Source: Gemmatimonadota bacterium
Lineage (GTDB): Bacteria > Gemmatimonadota > Gemmatimonadetes > Gemmatimonadales > GWC2-71-9
Length of the DNA stretch: 64,000 nt
Reading direction: 5' to 3'
NCBI GenBank assembly: GCA_041497135.1
Contig: JBGQFX010000009.1
Span: forward strand, 128 to 64,127
The notes under the pieces are model-generated. The model saw only the letters and a program-made list of their open reading frames with translations. It ran no database searches and was not told the origin of the DNA. Positions 40,770 through 49,972 of the stretch are shown here, piece by piece. Within the stretch, counting starts at the first letter, position 1, and the number at the start of each line of letters is the position of its first letter. Position numbers and translations under genes: made by a program.

Positions 40770-40843
40770 GGGCGAATAGCTCAGCGGTTCAGAGCGCCTG
40801 CCTTACACGCAGGATGTCGGGGGTTCGAATCCCTCTTCGCCCA
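40770..40843 (+). tRNA. tRNA-Val(TAC)
   Basis: Acceptor GGGCGAA/TTCGCCC, anticodon arm CCTGC-CTTACAC-GCAGG, T loop TTCGAAT; CCA not encoded. Confidence 0.97.
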
Positions 40844-40877
40844 CTGGGGTACGACTGCCAAACGGAGGTCTAACCGC

Positions 40878-42665
40878 GTGAGAGTGTTTCGATTGATCGC
40901 CGTCCTCACCCTGGGCGGGGCGGGCGCCGCGGCGGCGCAGCTGCCGGCGCCGCAGACTCAGAACCTGGAAAGACTCCTGATTCTCAACGTGCCCGCCGAG
41001 CCGGCGTCGGATTCGGCGGCGGCGGTCGCGGTGATCGACGCGATGCGAGACCGCCTGATCCAGCTCGCGCGCTACAAAGTGACGGTCATTCCGAGAGCCA
41101 AGATCTGCGAAGCGCTCCTGCAATCGGGGTTTCCCTGCACGGCGCTGCTCACCGACCAGCAGGCCTCGCAGCTGTCGAAAGCGCTCGGCGTCAACTCCTA
41201 CAACATCGGCCACGTGGGCCGCTCCGGCGGGCGCCTGGGCGCGGCGGTTCGGATCATCTCTGGAGGCGCCGGGTTCTCGACATCGTTCAGCGCCGAGGCC
41301 GGCACGGCGGGCACGCCACAGTCGCTTGCGGAAGCGATCGCGCAGCGGCTCAACTCGGTGGTACGCGCCGCCGAGTACGCGCGCAACTGCAATGAGGCGC
41401 GGGCGCGCAACGCCCTGGTACGCGCGCTCTCCGAAGCGAACAAGGCGTTCGCTATCGAGCCGAACCTGGCCGCGGCCAATCTTTGCGTCGCGACGATTCG
41501 CGAAGTCCAGCATGCGCCGCCGGACAGCATCATCGCCGCGGCGCACCGCGCCCTGAAAGGCGACCCCGGCAACGCCGAAGCGTGGAACCGTGTGGCCCAG
41601 GCCTCGATGGTGAGGGGGGACACGCTGGGCGCGCTCGACGCCTACGACTCCCTGTTGTCGTATAACGCGGGCGATGCGAATCTCCGCAAGGGATTGGTGT
41701 CGCTCTTGCTGCAGCACAAGCAGTACGAGCGCGCCGAACGGTTGCTGTCGGCTGGCCTGAAGGTCACGCCGGGCGATCAGCAGATGACCGACATGCGCAA
41801 GCGCGTGTGCATCGAGGGCGGCCTGTACGCCTGCACGCTCGAGATGCTGCGCGCCGAAGTGGCGGCCGATACCACCAAGCTGTCGGACACGACGGAGCTG
41901 AAGCTCGCATTAGCGAACGCTCAGGCGGCGTCGGATACCCAGTCGATGCTGTGGTGGGCGCGGCAGGCCGTGAAACAGTTCCCGGCTTCCGCCTCATTCC
42001 TGAAGCAGCTCGGTGGGGCGTTGCAGCTCGCCGGCCAGGTCGATTCGTCGATTGCCTATTACCAGAAAGCGCTGGCGCAGAATCCGGGCGACGTGCCCAC
42101 GAGCCTGCTGATCGCCAAAACGATCGTGGAACGCTCGGTTTGGGACACCACGGTGGCTCGCGCGCTGAGTGGCGATACCACGGCGTTAAGACGAGCGCGC
42201 CAGGCGTTTGTCGACGAGGTCGATGTCGCGCGTCCTTACCTCGCCCCGGGCTACGCGTCCGCTGACAGTTCGATTCGCCTGTTCACAACCAGCATCGCCT
42301 ACGGGGCAGGGTCGAAACTGGCGCAGGCGGGAGCGATGGACAAGGCTTACGCATGGCTTGATCCGGCCTACCAACAGCTGGCGAGTGATACGGCCACTGG
42401 CCATCAACCACTTCGTTCCTTAACGGCGTTCTGGTACGGCCTGGCTTCGTTCTATACGCTGCCTCCGCTCCTGCAGGCGTATGCGACTTCGAAGAAATGC
42501 GCTGACGCGCCCCAGTTGAATGACCGCCTCCAGAAGACAAGACAAGCTCTGAATCTCGGCGCACGGATTGCGGCACAATCGGTGAGACAACCGCTGACAC
42601 AACTTGGTCAGTGGGAGAACTTCATGCAGCAAATGAAGAAGTCGTTGAAGTGTAGGAATTACTAA
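40878..42665 (+). CDS. Exported TPR-like protein
   Basis: GGAGG then GTG at 40878; signal peptide (LIAVLTLGGAGAAAA); helical TPR-like repeats; paired cysteines. Confidence 0.82.
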   Translation: MRVFRLIAVLTLGGAGAAAAQLPAPQTQNLERLLILNVPAEPASDSAAAVAVIDAMRDRLIQLARYKVTVIPRAKICEALLQSGFPCTALLTDQQASQLSKALGVNSYNIGHVGRSGGRLGAAVRIISGGAGFSTSFSAEAGTAGTPQSLAEAIAQRLNSVVRAAEYARNCNEARARNALVRALSEANKAFAIEPNLAAANLCVATIREVQHAPPDSIIAAAHRALKGDPGNAEAWNRVAQASMVRGDTLGALDAYDSLLSYNAGDANLRKGLVSLLLQHKQYERAERLLSAGLKVTPGDQQMTDMRKRVCIEGGLYACTLEMLRAEVAADTTKLSDTTELKLALANAQAASDTQSMLWWARQAVKQFPASASFLKQLGGALQLAGQVDSSIAYYQKALAQNPGDVPTSLLIAKTIVERSVWDTTVARALSGDTTALRRARQAFVDEVDVARPYLAPGYASADSSIRLFTTSIAYGAGSKLAQAGAMDKAYAWLDPAYQQLASDTATGHQPLRSLTAFWYGLASFYTLPPLLQAYATSKKCADAPQLNDRLQKTRQALNLGARIAAQSVRQPLTQLGQWENFMQQMKKSLKCRNY

Positions 42666-42669
42666 CGCG

Positions 42670-42698
42670 TTGAATTGCCTCGGCGCCGACGGTATATT
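42670..42698 (+). promoter_or_regulatory. Sigma70 promoter of tRNA-Asp
   Basis: TTGAAT-17 bp-TATATT. Confidence 0.65.
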
Positions 42699-42715
42699 GC
42701 AATGCTCCGAAGCAG

Positions 42716-42789
42716 GGGGCTGTAGCTCAGCTGGTTAGAGTGCCGGTCTGTCACACCGGAGGTCGCGGGTTCGAGCCCCGTCAGCCCCG
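42716..42789 (+). tRNA. tRNA-Asp(GTC)
   Basis: Acceptor GGGGCTG/CAGCCCC, anticodon arm CCGGT-CTGTCAC-ACCGG, T loop TTCGAGC, discriminator G; CCA not encoded. Confidence 0.97.
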
Positions 42790-42818
42790 CCTGAACCCGC
42801 CTCGCGGGACGAAGTGTC

Positions 42819-42856
42819 CGGCTCCGCCTGCCTCGGCATGCGGGGCCGTCTTTTTT
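42819..42856 (+). terminator. Intrinsic terminator after tRNA-Asp
   Basis: Stem CGGCTCCGC...GCGGGGCCG with inner TGCC/GGCA, followed by TCTTTTTT. Confidence 0.75.
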
Positions 42857-42876
42857 CACCGAACCGGAGCGTCGAT

Positions 42877-43803
42877 CTGACCGCCACTGCCTACCACGTG
42901 CCCGTGCTCGCGCGCGTCGTGCGGGAATGGGCCGCGGGCGCGCACCGGGCCGTGGATGCGACGGCGGGCGGGGGTGGCCACGCCGCCCTGCTGCGCGCCG
43001 CCGGCGCCGAAGTCCTTGCCATCGATCGCGATCCAGCCGCGCTCGCCGCCGCCCGGGAGACGCTCGGCGGGGACGGACTCACCTATCTGGCGGCGCCGTT
43101 CGGCTCGCCCGAGGCGCTCGCCGTAGTGGCGACGTTCCACCCCGATCACATTCTCGCCGATCTCGGGGTTTCCTCCCACCAGCTCGACGATGCCGGCCGC
43201 GGCTTCACGTTTCGACGCGGCGCGCCGCTCGATATGCGCATGACCCCCGGTCGCGGGGCCAGCGCCGCGGACATCCTGAACAGCTGGCCGGAGCCGCGCC
43301 TCACCGCCACGTTCGCCGTGGACGCCGACGAGCCTCGCGCGCGAGCGCTGGCCCGGGCGATCGTGCGCCGCCGCTCCCACGCGCCGTTTCGGGACAGTGA
43401 CGACCTGGTGAAGGCGATTCGGGAAGTGCTCGGGCCGAGATCCGGTCCGGCGGACTTCGCCCGCCTGTTCCAGGCCGTGCGGATCGCCGTGAACGACGAG
43501 CGCGAGCAATTGACGCAGGCGCTGCCCGCGTTCCGGGACGCGCTCGTTCCCGGCGGGCGGTTGGGCGTCATCGCGTACCACTCGGGTGAGGACCGCGTCG
43601 TGAAACAGGCGTTCCGGGAATGGGCGCGCGCCTGCATCTGTCCGCCGCGCCAACCGGTGTGCACGTGCCGGGGCCGGGCGCTCGGGATCGTGCTCACGAG
43701 AAAGGCCGTGGTGGCGGACGCCGACGAGATCGCCGTCAATCCGCGGGCGCGGTCCGCCAGATTTCGTGCCTTTGCCACGGCGGAGGCGGGTCATGGCGCT
43801 TAG
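42877..43803 (+). CDS. rsmH: 16S rRNA m4C1402 methyltransferase (start uncertain: CTG 42877 or ATG 42838)
   Basis: HVPVL, DATAGGGGH, DLGVSSHQLD, PLDMRM, FQAVRIAVN, HSGEDRVVK, NPRARSA. Confidence 0.93.
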   Translation: MTATAYHVPVLARVVREWAAGAHRAVDATAGGGGHAALLRAAGAEVLAIDRDPAALAAARETLGGDGLTYLAAPFGSPEALAVVATFHPDHILADLGVSSHQLDDAGRGFTFRRGAPLDMRMTPGRGASAADILNSWPEPRLTATFAVDADEPRARALARAIVRRRSHAPFRDSDDLVKAIREVLGPRSGPADFARLFQAVRIAVNDEREQLTQALPAFRDALVPGGRLGVIAYHSGEDRVVKQAFREWARACICPPRQPVCTCRGRALGIVLTRKAVVADADEIAVNPRARSARFRAFATAEAGHGA

Positions 43804-44092
43804 AGGCCGCCACTGGTTCGTGTTCTGGCTCGCGGCCGCCTGCCTGGCGTTGTGGCTCGTCGTTTGGCGGCAAACCGACAGTTTCCGCCTCGCGCGCGAG
43901 CTGGGGGACACCCGGACCGTTCGTATCGCGCTCGAGGGTCGGTTGAGCGACTACGAGCGCCGGATCCGGGTGGCCACCAGCCGGGAGCAGCTCATGAGAC
44001 GGGTCGCCCCCCGCCTCGGGCTGCGATCGCCGCGCGACTCCGAGATCATGCGGATCCCTGTGCCGCCCGATTCGGGCGCGGAACCACGCTGA
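43793..44092 (+). CDS. ftsL: Cell division protein FtsL-like
   Basis: One TM plus coiled coil, located between rsmH and ftsI. Confidence 0.75.
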   Translation: MALRGRHWFVFWLAAACLALWLVVWRQTDSFRLARELGDTRTVRIALEGRLSDYERRIRVATSREQLMRRVAPRLGLRSPRDSEIMRIPVPPDSGAEPR

Positions 44093-44095
44093 CCC

Positions 44096-46033
44096 GTGGC
44101 CAAGCCCGCTGTTCGTCTCCAGGCGCTGGAAGTGGCGCTGCTCACGGGGCTCGCGATCGTCGTGCTGCGCGCCGGACAGGTTCAGCTGATGCAGGGTGGC
44201 CGCTACGCCGAGGAAGCCCGCGCGCGCCGCACCGAGCGGATCACGCTCCAGGCCCGGCGCGGTGGTCTGTACGACCGCAACGGTGGGGCGATCGCCCTCA
44301 CGCAGGAGCGGTATCACGTCGGGGTCGCGGTGAATGAGCTGCGCGATCCGGCGCGCGATGCCCCCGCCATCGCACGCGCGCTGCGTCTCCCGCTTGCGGT
44401 CGTGCGCGCGGGACTGCGCAAGCGCTACGCCTACTTCGGCGGCCCGTTCGGCGCCCTCGACGTGCAGAAGATCCGGGACCTGCGCGGCGTACATCTGGAG
44501 TCGACCCTGCGGCGCTCCTATCCGGTTCCCGGTTTCGCCCGCGCGGTCGTGGGCGGCGTCGGCGTCGACGGGCATGGCGCCTCGGGGCTCGAGAAGCAGT
44601 TCGACAGCCTGCTGGCCGGACGTGAGGGCGCCGCCGTCGTGCTCAAGGACCGCTCCGGACGCGAATACGAATCGCCGTCCCGGCGCATCGCGGCGCCGGT
44701 CCCAGGCGCGGACCTGGTGCTCACCCTGGATGCCGAGCTGCAGGAGATCGCGCAACAGGTTCTGGCTGAGGCGCTGCGCCAGCTCGACGCGGCGGGTGGC
44801 GATGTCGTGATCCTGGACCCCAAGACGGGCGAGCTGCTCGCCGTCGCCTCGCAGCGGCGCGACGGCACCGCGCCACCCAGTGCCTTTACCGAAACCTACG
44901 AGCCGGGGTCGCTGGCCAAGATCTTCGCCGCGGCGTCGCTGTTGTCGCTCCAGCGGGTGGGACCCGGGGACCAGGTGTCCGGAGAAGGGGGTCGCTACAA
45001 GTTGCCCGGGCGCCCGGTGCTGGAGGACGATCACCCGATGCCGCAGTTCACCCTGGCCGAGGCCATCGCCTTCTCCAGCAACATCGCGATGGCGAAGTTC
45101 GTCGCGCGTCTCAAGCGGACTGAGCAGTTCACGATGCTGCGCGCCTTCGGGCTGGGGGCGCCGACCGGCGTCGAATTCCCCTCCGAGTCCCCCGGCCGAC
45201 TGCGGCGCCCGTCTGAATGGTCGGGGACGAGCGCGGTGAGCCTTGCGATCGGTTATGAAGTGGCGGCGACGCCGCTGCAGATCGCGGCCGCCTACGGCGC
45301 CATTGCCAACGACGGCGTGCTCCTGGCCCCGACGCTGGTGCGCGAGATGCGCGATCCCGAGGGCGAAGTGGTGTATCGGCACCGCCCCGAGCCGGTACGC
45401 CGGGTCGTGTCGCCTGCGCTGGCGCGGCAGCTGCGGGAGCTGCTGCGTGGCGTGGTGGTTCGAGGCACGGGCACGGGTGTCACCATCGCCCATTTCGGCG
45501 TCGCGGCCAAGACCGGGACCGCGCGTCGCACCGTGAACGGGCGCTACGCCCCGGACGAATACGTGGCGTCGCTCGCCACGCTGTTTCCCGCCGACTCGCC
45601 ACAGATCGTGGTGGTCGTGAAGATCGACGACCCCAACCCCCGCAAGAAGAGCTACTTCGCCTCGCAGACTGCGGCGCCGGTGACGCGCTCGCTGCTCGAG
45701 CAGGCGCTCGCCTCGCGCACGGCGACCTTGAATCGCGCCCGCATCGCCATGCCGCCGACACCCGAGTCGGTGGCCGACGCCGGTGAGGACGGCGCCGTGC
45801 CTTACGTGGTGCCGTGGCCGTTTCACCCCGACACGGCATCCCGGCGGGCCGAGCGGAGGCTCGTGCCCAACGTCGGCGGGCTATCGCTGCGCGCGGCGGC
45901 TCACATGCTGCACCGGCGCGGCTTCCGCGTGACGCTCCACGGCTGGGGCATCGCCGACCACACTACGCCCGCCGCGGGAAGCCCCGCGACCGCGGGCTCG
46001 ATCATCACGGTGGTCGGGGAAGAGCGACAGTGA
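44096..46033 (+). CDS. ftsI: Class B PBP FtsI with C-terminal PASTA domain
   Basis: RGGLYDRNG, SxxK (GSLAK), SSN, KTGT; PASTA segment VPNVGGLSLR. Confidence 0.93.
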   Translation: MAKPAVRLQALEVALLTGLAIVVLRAGQVQLMQGGRYAEEARARRTERITLQARRGGLYDRNGGAIALTQERYHVGVAVNELRDPARDAPAIARALRLPLAVVRAGLRKRYAYFGGPFGALDVQKIRDLRGVHLESTLRRSYPVPGFARAVVGGVGVDGHGASGLEKQFDSLLAGREGAAVVLKDRSGREYESPSRRIAAPVPGADLVLTLDAELQEIAQQVLAEALRQLDAAGGDVVILDPKTGELLAVASQRRDGTAPPSAFTETYEPGSLAKIFAAASLLSLQRVGPGDQVSGEGGRYKLPGRPVLEDDHPMPQFTLAEAIAFSSNIAMAKFVARLKRTEQFTMLRAFGLGAPTGVEFPSESPGRLRRPSEWSGTSAVSLAIGYEVAATPLQIAAAYGAIANDGVLLAPTLVREMRDPEGEVVYRHRPEPVRRVVSPALARQLRELLRGVVVRGTGTGVTIAHFGVAAKTGTARRTVNGRYAPDEYVASLATLFPADSPQIVVVVKIDDPNPRKKSYFASQTAAPVTRSLLEQALASRTATLNRARIAMPPTPESVADAGEDGAVPYVVPWPFHPDTASRRAERRLVPNVGGLSLRAAAHMLHRRGFRVTLHGWGIADHTTPAAGSPATAGSIITVVGEERQ

Positions 46034-47490
46034 GCTCGCTCGGCGAGATCGTGGCGGCGCTGCGCGGCGCGAAGCTGCTCGCTGCCGAGCCGGTCGGCGC
46101 GCTGCCGCCGATTACGGGTCTGTCGGCCGATTCCCGCCGCCTCACGGCCGGGATGCTGTACTGTGCCGTCCGCGGTGCCGTGGAGGACGGTCATCGACAC
46201 GTACCGGCCGCGGTGCGGGCGGGAGCCGCCGCGGCGCTGGTCGAAACACCCGTTCCGGTCGCACTGCCGCAGATCGTCGTGACCGACGGGCGCCGCGCCG
46301 CGGCGGTGGCCGCGGAGACGTGGTTCGGGAGGCCGGCGGCCAGACTCGACTTGGTGGGCGTCACGGGGACGAACGGCAAATCGACGACGGTGACCCTCGC
46401 CCGCCATGTGCTCCAGGCGGTGGAGCCGATGGGCGCGATCGGGACGCTGGGAGCGTTCGATCCCACGGGGCTCCCCGTGGCCAGCGAGGCCGGGAATCTG
46501 ACGACGCCTGGTCCGATCGACCTCCAGGCGACGCTCGCGGCGCTCGTCGGGCGCGGCGCGCGCGGCGTGGCGATGGAGGTGTCGTCGCACAGCCTGGATC
46601 AGGGGCGCGTGGACGGGCTCACGTTTCGGGTCGCTGTGTTCACCAATCTGACGCGCGACCACCTCGACTACCATCGCACCTTCGAGGAGTACTTTCGCGC
46701 CAAGGCGCGTCTCGTCGACTACCTGGCGCCCAACGGTCTCGAGGTCGTCAACGTCGACGACCCCGCCTGGCAGAAGATGCGGCGCGCGCACCGCCGCATC
46801 ACGTTCGGGGAACGGGGCGGGGAAGTGACCGCCCGTCGGATCACCATCGATCCGGGCGGTTCGCGCTTCGAGCTCGTCACCCCGCTCGGTGCGGCGCCCG
46901 TCCGGCTGCCGTTGCTCGGGCGCTTCAACGTCGCCAACGCGCTCGGCGTCGCCGCGGCGGCCTGGGGCATGGGCGTGCCGGTCGAAGCGATCGCGGAACG
47001 ACTGACGCAGGCGCCGCAGGTGCCGGGCCGGATGGAGCGCATCGCCACGCACCCGTGCACCGTGCTGCGGGACTACGCCCATACGCCGGATGCGCTCGAG
47101 CGCGCCCTCGAAGCGTTGCGTCCGATCACGCCGCGCCGCCTGCTCGTGGTGTTCGGTGCCGGCGGCGACCGGGATCGCGGCAAGCGCGCCCCGATGGGTG
47201 AGATCGCGGCCCGCCTCGCCGATCTCGCGATTGTGACCTCGGATAACCCGCGCACCGAGGATCCGGAGCGGATCCTGAACGAGGTGGAAGCCGGCATGCG
47301 CGGGGTCGTCGCCAAGCCGCATCTGCGGGAGGTGGATCGTCGTCGCGCCATCGAGCAGGCGCTCTCGCAGGCGCGCGAGGGCGACACGCTGCTCCTGGCG
47401 GGCAAGGGGCACGAAACCTATCAGGTCATCGGCAATGTGAAGCAGCCGTTCGACGAGCGCGCCATCATTCGCGAGCTGGGCGCGACGTGA
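46030..47490 (+). CDS. murE: MurE ligase, meso-DAP-type specificity motif
   Basis: GVTGTNGKST, MEVSSH, DYAHTPD, DNPR, LAGKGHE. Confidence 0.96.
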   Translation: MSSLGEIVAALRGAKLLAAEPVGALPPITGLSADSRRLTAGMLYCAVRGAVEDGHRHVPAAVRAGAAAALVETPVPVALPQIVVTDGRRAAAVAAETWFGRPAARLDLVGVTGTNGKSTTVTLARHVLQAVEPMGAIGTLGAFDPTGLPVASEAGNLTTPGPIDLQATLAALVGRGARGVAMEVSSHSLDQGRVDGLTFRVAVFTNLTRDHLDYHRTFEEYFRAKARLVDYLAPNGLEVVNVDDPAWQKMRRAHRRITFGERGGEVTARRITIDPGGSRFELVTPLGAAPVRLPLLGRFNVANALGVAAAAWGMGVPVEAIAERLTQAPQVPGRMERIATHPCTVLRDYAHTPDALERALEALRPITPRRLLVVFGAGGDRDRGKRAPMGEIAARLADLAIVTSDNPRTEDPERILNEVEAGMRGVVAKPHLREVDRRRAIEQALSQAREGDTLLLAGKGHETYQVIGNVKQPFDERAIIRELGAT

Positions 47491-48836
47491 GCGACGCGGC
47501 GTTCTGGACCAGCGCGCGCGTCGCCGAGACCCTCGGCCTGCCGGCTCCGGTGGAGGCGGGCTTCACGGGGATTGCCACCGACACCCGCCAGCTCGCGGGC
47601 GGCGAGCTGTTCGTGGCCCTCCACGGCGAGCGGTTCGATGGTCACGATTTTCTCGAGCAGGCGCGGGGGAAGGGGGCGGCGGCGGCCGTGGTGCGGCGGG
47701 GAACGCCGCCGCTGCCCGGACTGCCGCTCTACGCGGTGGAGGACCCTCGCGTCGCATTGGGGCGCCTGGCGCGGGCGCGGCGCCGCGCGTTGGCTCCCGA
47801 CACCCCGGTCGTCGCGATCACGGGATCGACCGGCAAGACGAGCACGAAGGAGCTGGTGCGGGCCGCGCTGGCGGCGCGCTATCGCGTTCATGCGACGGCC
47901 GGCAATCTCAACAATGAGATCGGGGTCCCGCTCACTCTGCTCGCCGCGCCCGCGGAGACCGGGGCACTCGTCGTGGAAGTGGGGGCGAGCGTGCCGGGCG
48001 AGATCGCGCGACTGCGCGACGTGATCGAGCCGACCATCGGGGTGGTCACGAACGTGGGCTATTCGCACGTGGCGGGATTTGGGTCGCTCGAGGGCGTGCT
48101 GCGGGAGAAGCTCTCGTTGCTCGAGGGCGTCCCCGTCGCGGTCGTGGGTACCGAGCCGCCTGAGCTGGCCATCGGATCCCGGGCGCGCACCCGGACCATC
48201 GTGGCCGGAGCCTCCGGTCCCGCGGACGTGGTCGCGGAAACCGTCACCCTGGACGCGCGGGGACATTGCCGGCTCCGGTGGCACGGGCGCGAGGTGACGC
48301 TGCGACTGTTCGGGCTGCATCAGGCCGAGAACGCGATGATCGCCATGGCCGTCGCCCGCGAGGTCGGCGTGGAGCCGGCGGCGGCCCTCGCCGCGATCGC
48401 GGAAGCGCGCCTTCCGGGCGGACGTGGGCGTGTGCTCACCGTCGGTGATCTGACGATCATCGACGACACGTACAACGCCAGCCCGGCGTCGCTGCGTCGC
48501 GCGGTGGAATCCGCCGCCCGGCTCGCCGGCGAGCACCATCGCCCGCTGGTGGTGGTCGTTGGTCCGATGTTGGAGTTGGGGCCGGAGAGTGCGAGATTGC
48601 ATGCGACCGCGGCGGCCGAGATCGTCGGGTGTGAACCGGCGCTCGTGGCCGTGGTGGGGGAGTTCGCGGCGTCGTTTGCGCCCTACCGGGACCGGTTGGG
48701 CGAGCGGCTGCTGGTCGCGGCCGATGCGGAAGGGCTGGGGCCGCGGCTCAAGGCCGCGCTCCACGGCAACGAGGTCGTCCTGCTGAAGGCGTCGCGCGGC
48801 GTCGCTCTGGAGCAGGTGCTGCCTCATCTCAGCTGA
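47487..48836 (+). CDS. murF: MurF ligase
   Basis: DGHDF, ITGSTGKTSTKE, NNEIGVP, DTYNASP, KASRG. Confidence 0.96.
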   Translation: MSDAAFWTSARVAETLGLPAPVEAGFTGIATDTRQLAGGELFVALHGERFDGHDFLEQARGKGAAAAVVRRGTPPLPGLPLYAVEDPRVALGRLARARRRALAPDTPVVAITGSTGKTSTKELVRAALAARYRVHATAGNLNNEIGVPLTLLAAPAETGALVVEVGASVPGEIARLRDVIEPTIGVVTNVGYSHVAGFGSLEGVLREKLSLLEGVPVAVVGTEPPELAIGSRARTRTIVAGASGPADVVAETVTLDARGHCRLRWHGREVTLRLFGLHQAENAMIAMAVAREVGVEPAAALAAIAEARLPGGRGRVLTVGDLTIIDDTYNASPASLRRAVESAARLAGEHHRPLVVVVGPMLELGPESARLHATAAAEIVGCEPALVAVVGEFAASFAPYRDRLGERLLVAADAEGLGPRLKAALHGNEVVLLKASRGVALEQVLPHLS

Positions 48837-48853
48837 GGGGGACACCGGGCGCC

Positions 48854-49972
48854 GTGCTCTACCATCTGCTGGCTCCACTCGCCAAGCAGCACATCCTCTT
48901 CAATCTCTTCAATTACATCACTTTCCGGGCCGCGGGCGCGACCATGACCGCGCTGGTGCTCGCGTTCGCCGTGGGCCCGTGGGTGATCCGCCGACTGCAC
49001 GCGATGGGCGTGGGGCAGGTGATTCGGGCCGAAGGTCCGTCGAGCCATCAGGAGAAACGCGGCACCCCCACGATGGGCGGCCTGATCATCATTCTGGCGA
49101 CCGTTGTCCCCACGTTGCTGTGGGCGCGGCTCGACACGCGATACGTCCTCGTGGCCGTGGCCGCGACTCTGTGGATGGGGCTGATCGGGTTTCTTGACGA
49201 CTACCTCAAGATCGTACGCGGCAAGTCGCAGGGGCTCGTGGCCCGCTGGAAACTGGTGGGGCAAGTGTCGTTCGGTCTGGCGTTGGGGGTCCTGCTGGTG
49301 CTGTGGCCGTTCGTGCCCAGCCGGGCCACGTTTACCCAGCTGCCGCTGTTCAAGTACATCTTCCTGGCGTTGCCGTGGCCGCTCTACATCGGGTTCGTCA
49401 CCCTTGTGGTCACGGCGAGCTCCAACGCGGTGAATCTCACCGATGGACTGGACGGGCTCGCCACCGGTCTCACCGCCATCGCCGCCGGCTCGTTCGCGGT
49501 GTTCGCCTATCTCTTCGGCCGTGTCGACACGTCTCGATACCTCGGTGTCATGCACCTGGCGGGCTCGGGGGAGTTGGCCGTGTTCTGCGGCGCCCTGATG
49601 GGTGCCGCGCTCGGTTTTCTCTGGTTCAACGCGTATCCAGCCCAGGTGTTCATGGGCGACACCGGCGCGCTGGCGATCGGTGGCGCCCTCGGCACGGTCG
49701 CCATCCTGCTCAAGGCGGAGTTCCTGCTGCTCATCGCGGGCGGCGTATTCGTGGCGGAAACCGTATCGGTGATCCTGCAGGTCAACGTGTTCCGCTGGAA
49801 CAAGTGGCGACGCGGCAAGCAGTACGCGGAGGCGCACCGCGTGTTCCGCATGGCGCCGTTGCACCATCACTTCGAGAAGCTCGGCTGGTCGGAACCGCAG
49901 GTGGTGACGCGGTTCTACATCCTCGGTTTTCTGTGCGCGATGCTGGCACTGGCCACGCTCAAGGTCCGATGA
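48854..49972 (+). CDS. mraY: Phospho-MurNAc-pentapeptide transferase
   Basis: TPTMGG, DDY, NAVNLTDGLDGL, FMGDTG, MAPLHHHFE. Confidence 0.98.
   Translation: MLYHLLAPLAKQHILFNLFNYITFRAAGATMTALVLAFAVGPWVIRRLHAMGVGQVIRAEGPSSHQEKRGTPTMGGLIIILATVVPTLLWARLDTRYVLVAVAATLWMGLIGFLDDYLKIVRGKSQGLVARWKLVGQVSFGLALGVLLVLWPFVPSRATFTQLPLFKYIFLALPWPLYIGFVTLVVTASSNAVNLTDGLDGLATGLTAIAAGSFAVFAYLFGRVDTSRYLGVMHLAGSGELAVFCGALMGAALGFLWFNAYPAQVFMGDTGALAIGGALGTVAILLKAEFLLLIAGGVFVAETVSVILQVNVFRWNKWRRGKQYAEAHRVFRMAPLHHHFEKLGWSEPQVVTRFYILGFLCAMLALATLKVR

Noticed and set aside
40764-40877. N-terminal part of the 633-aa ORF
   Set aside because: It overlaps tRNA-Val; the GGAGG and signal peptide place the start at 40878.
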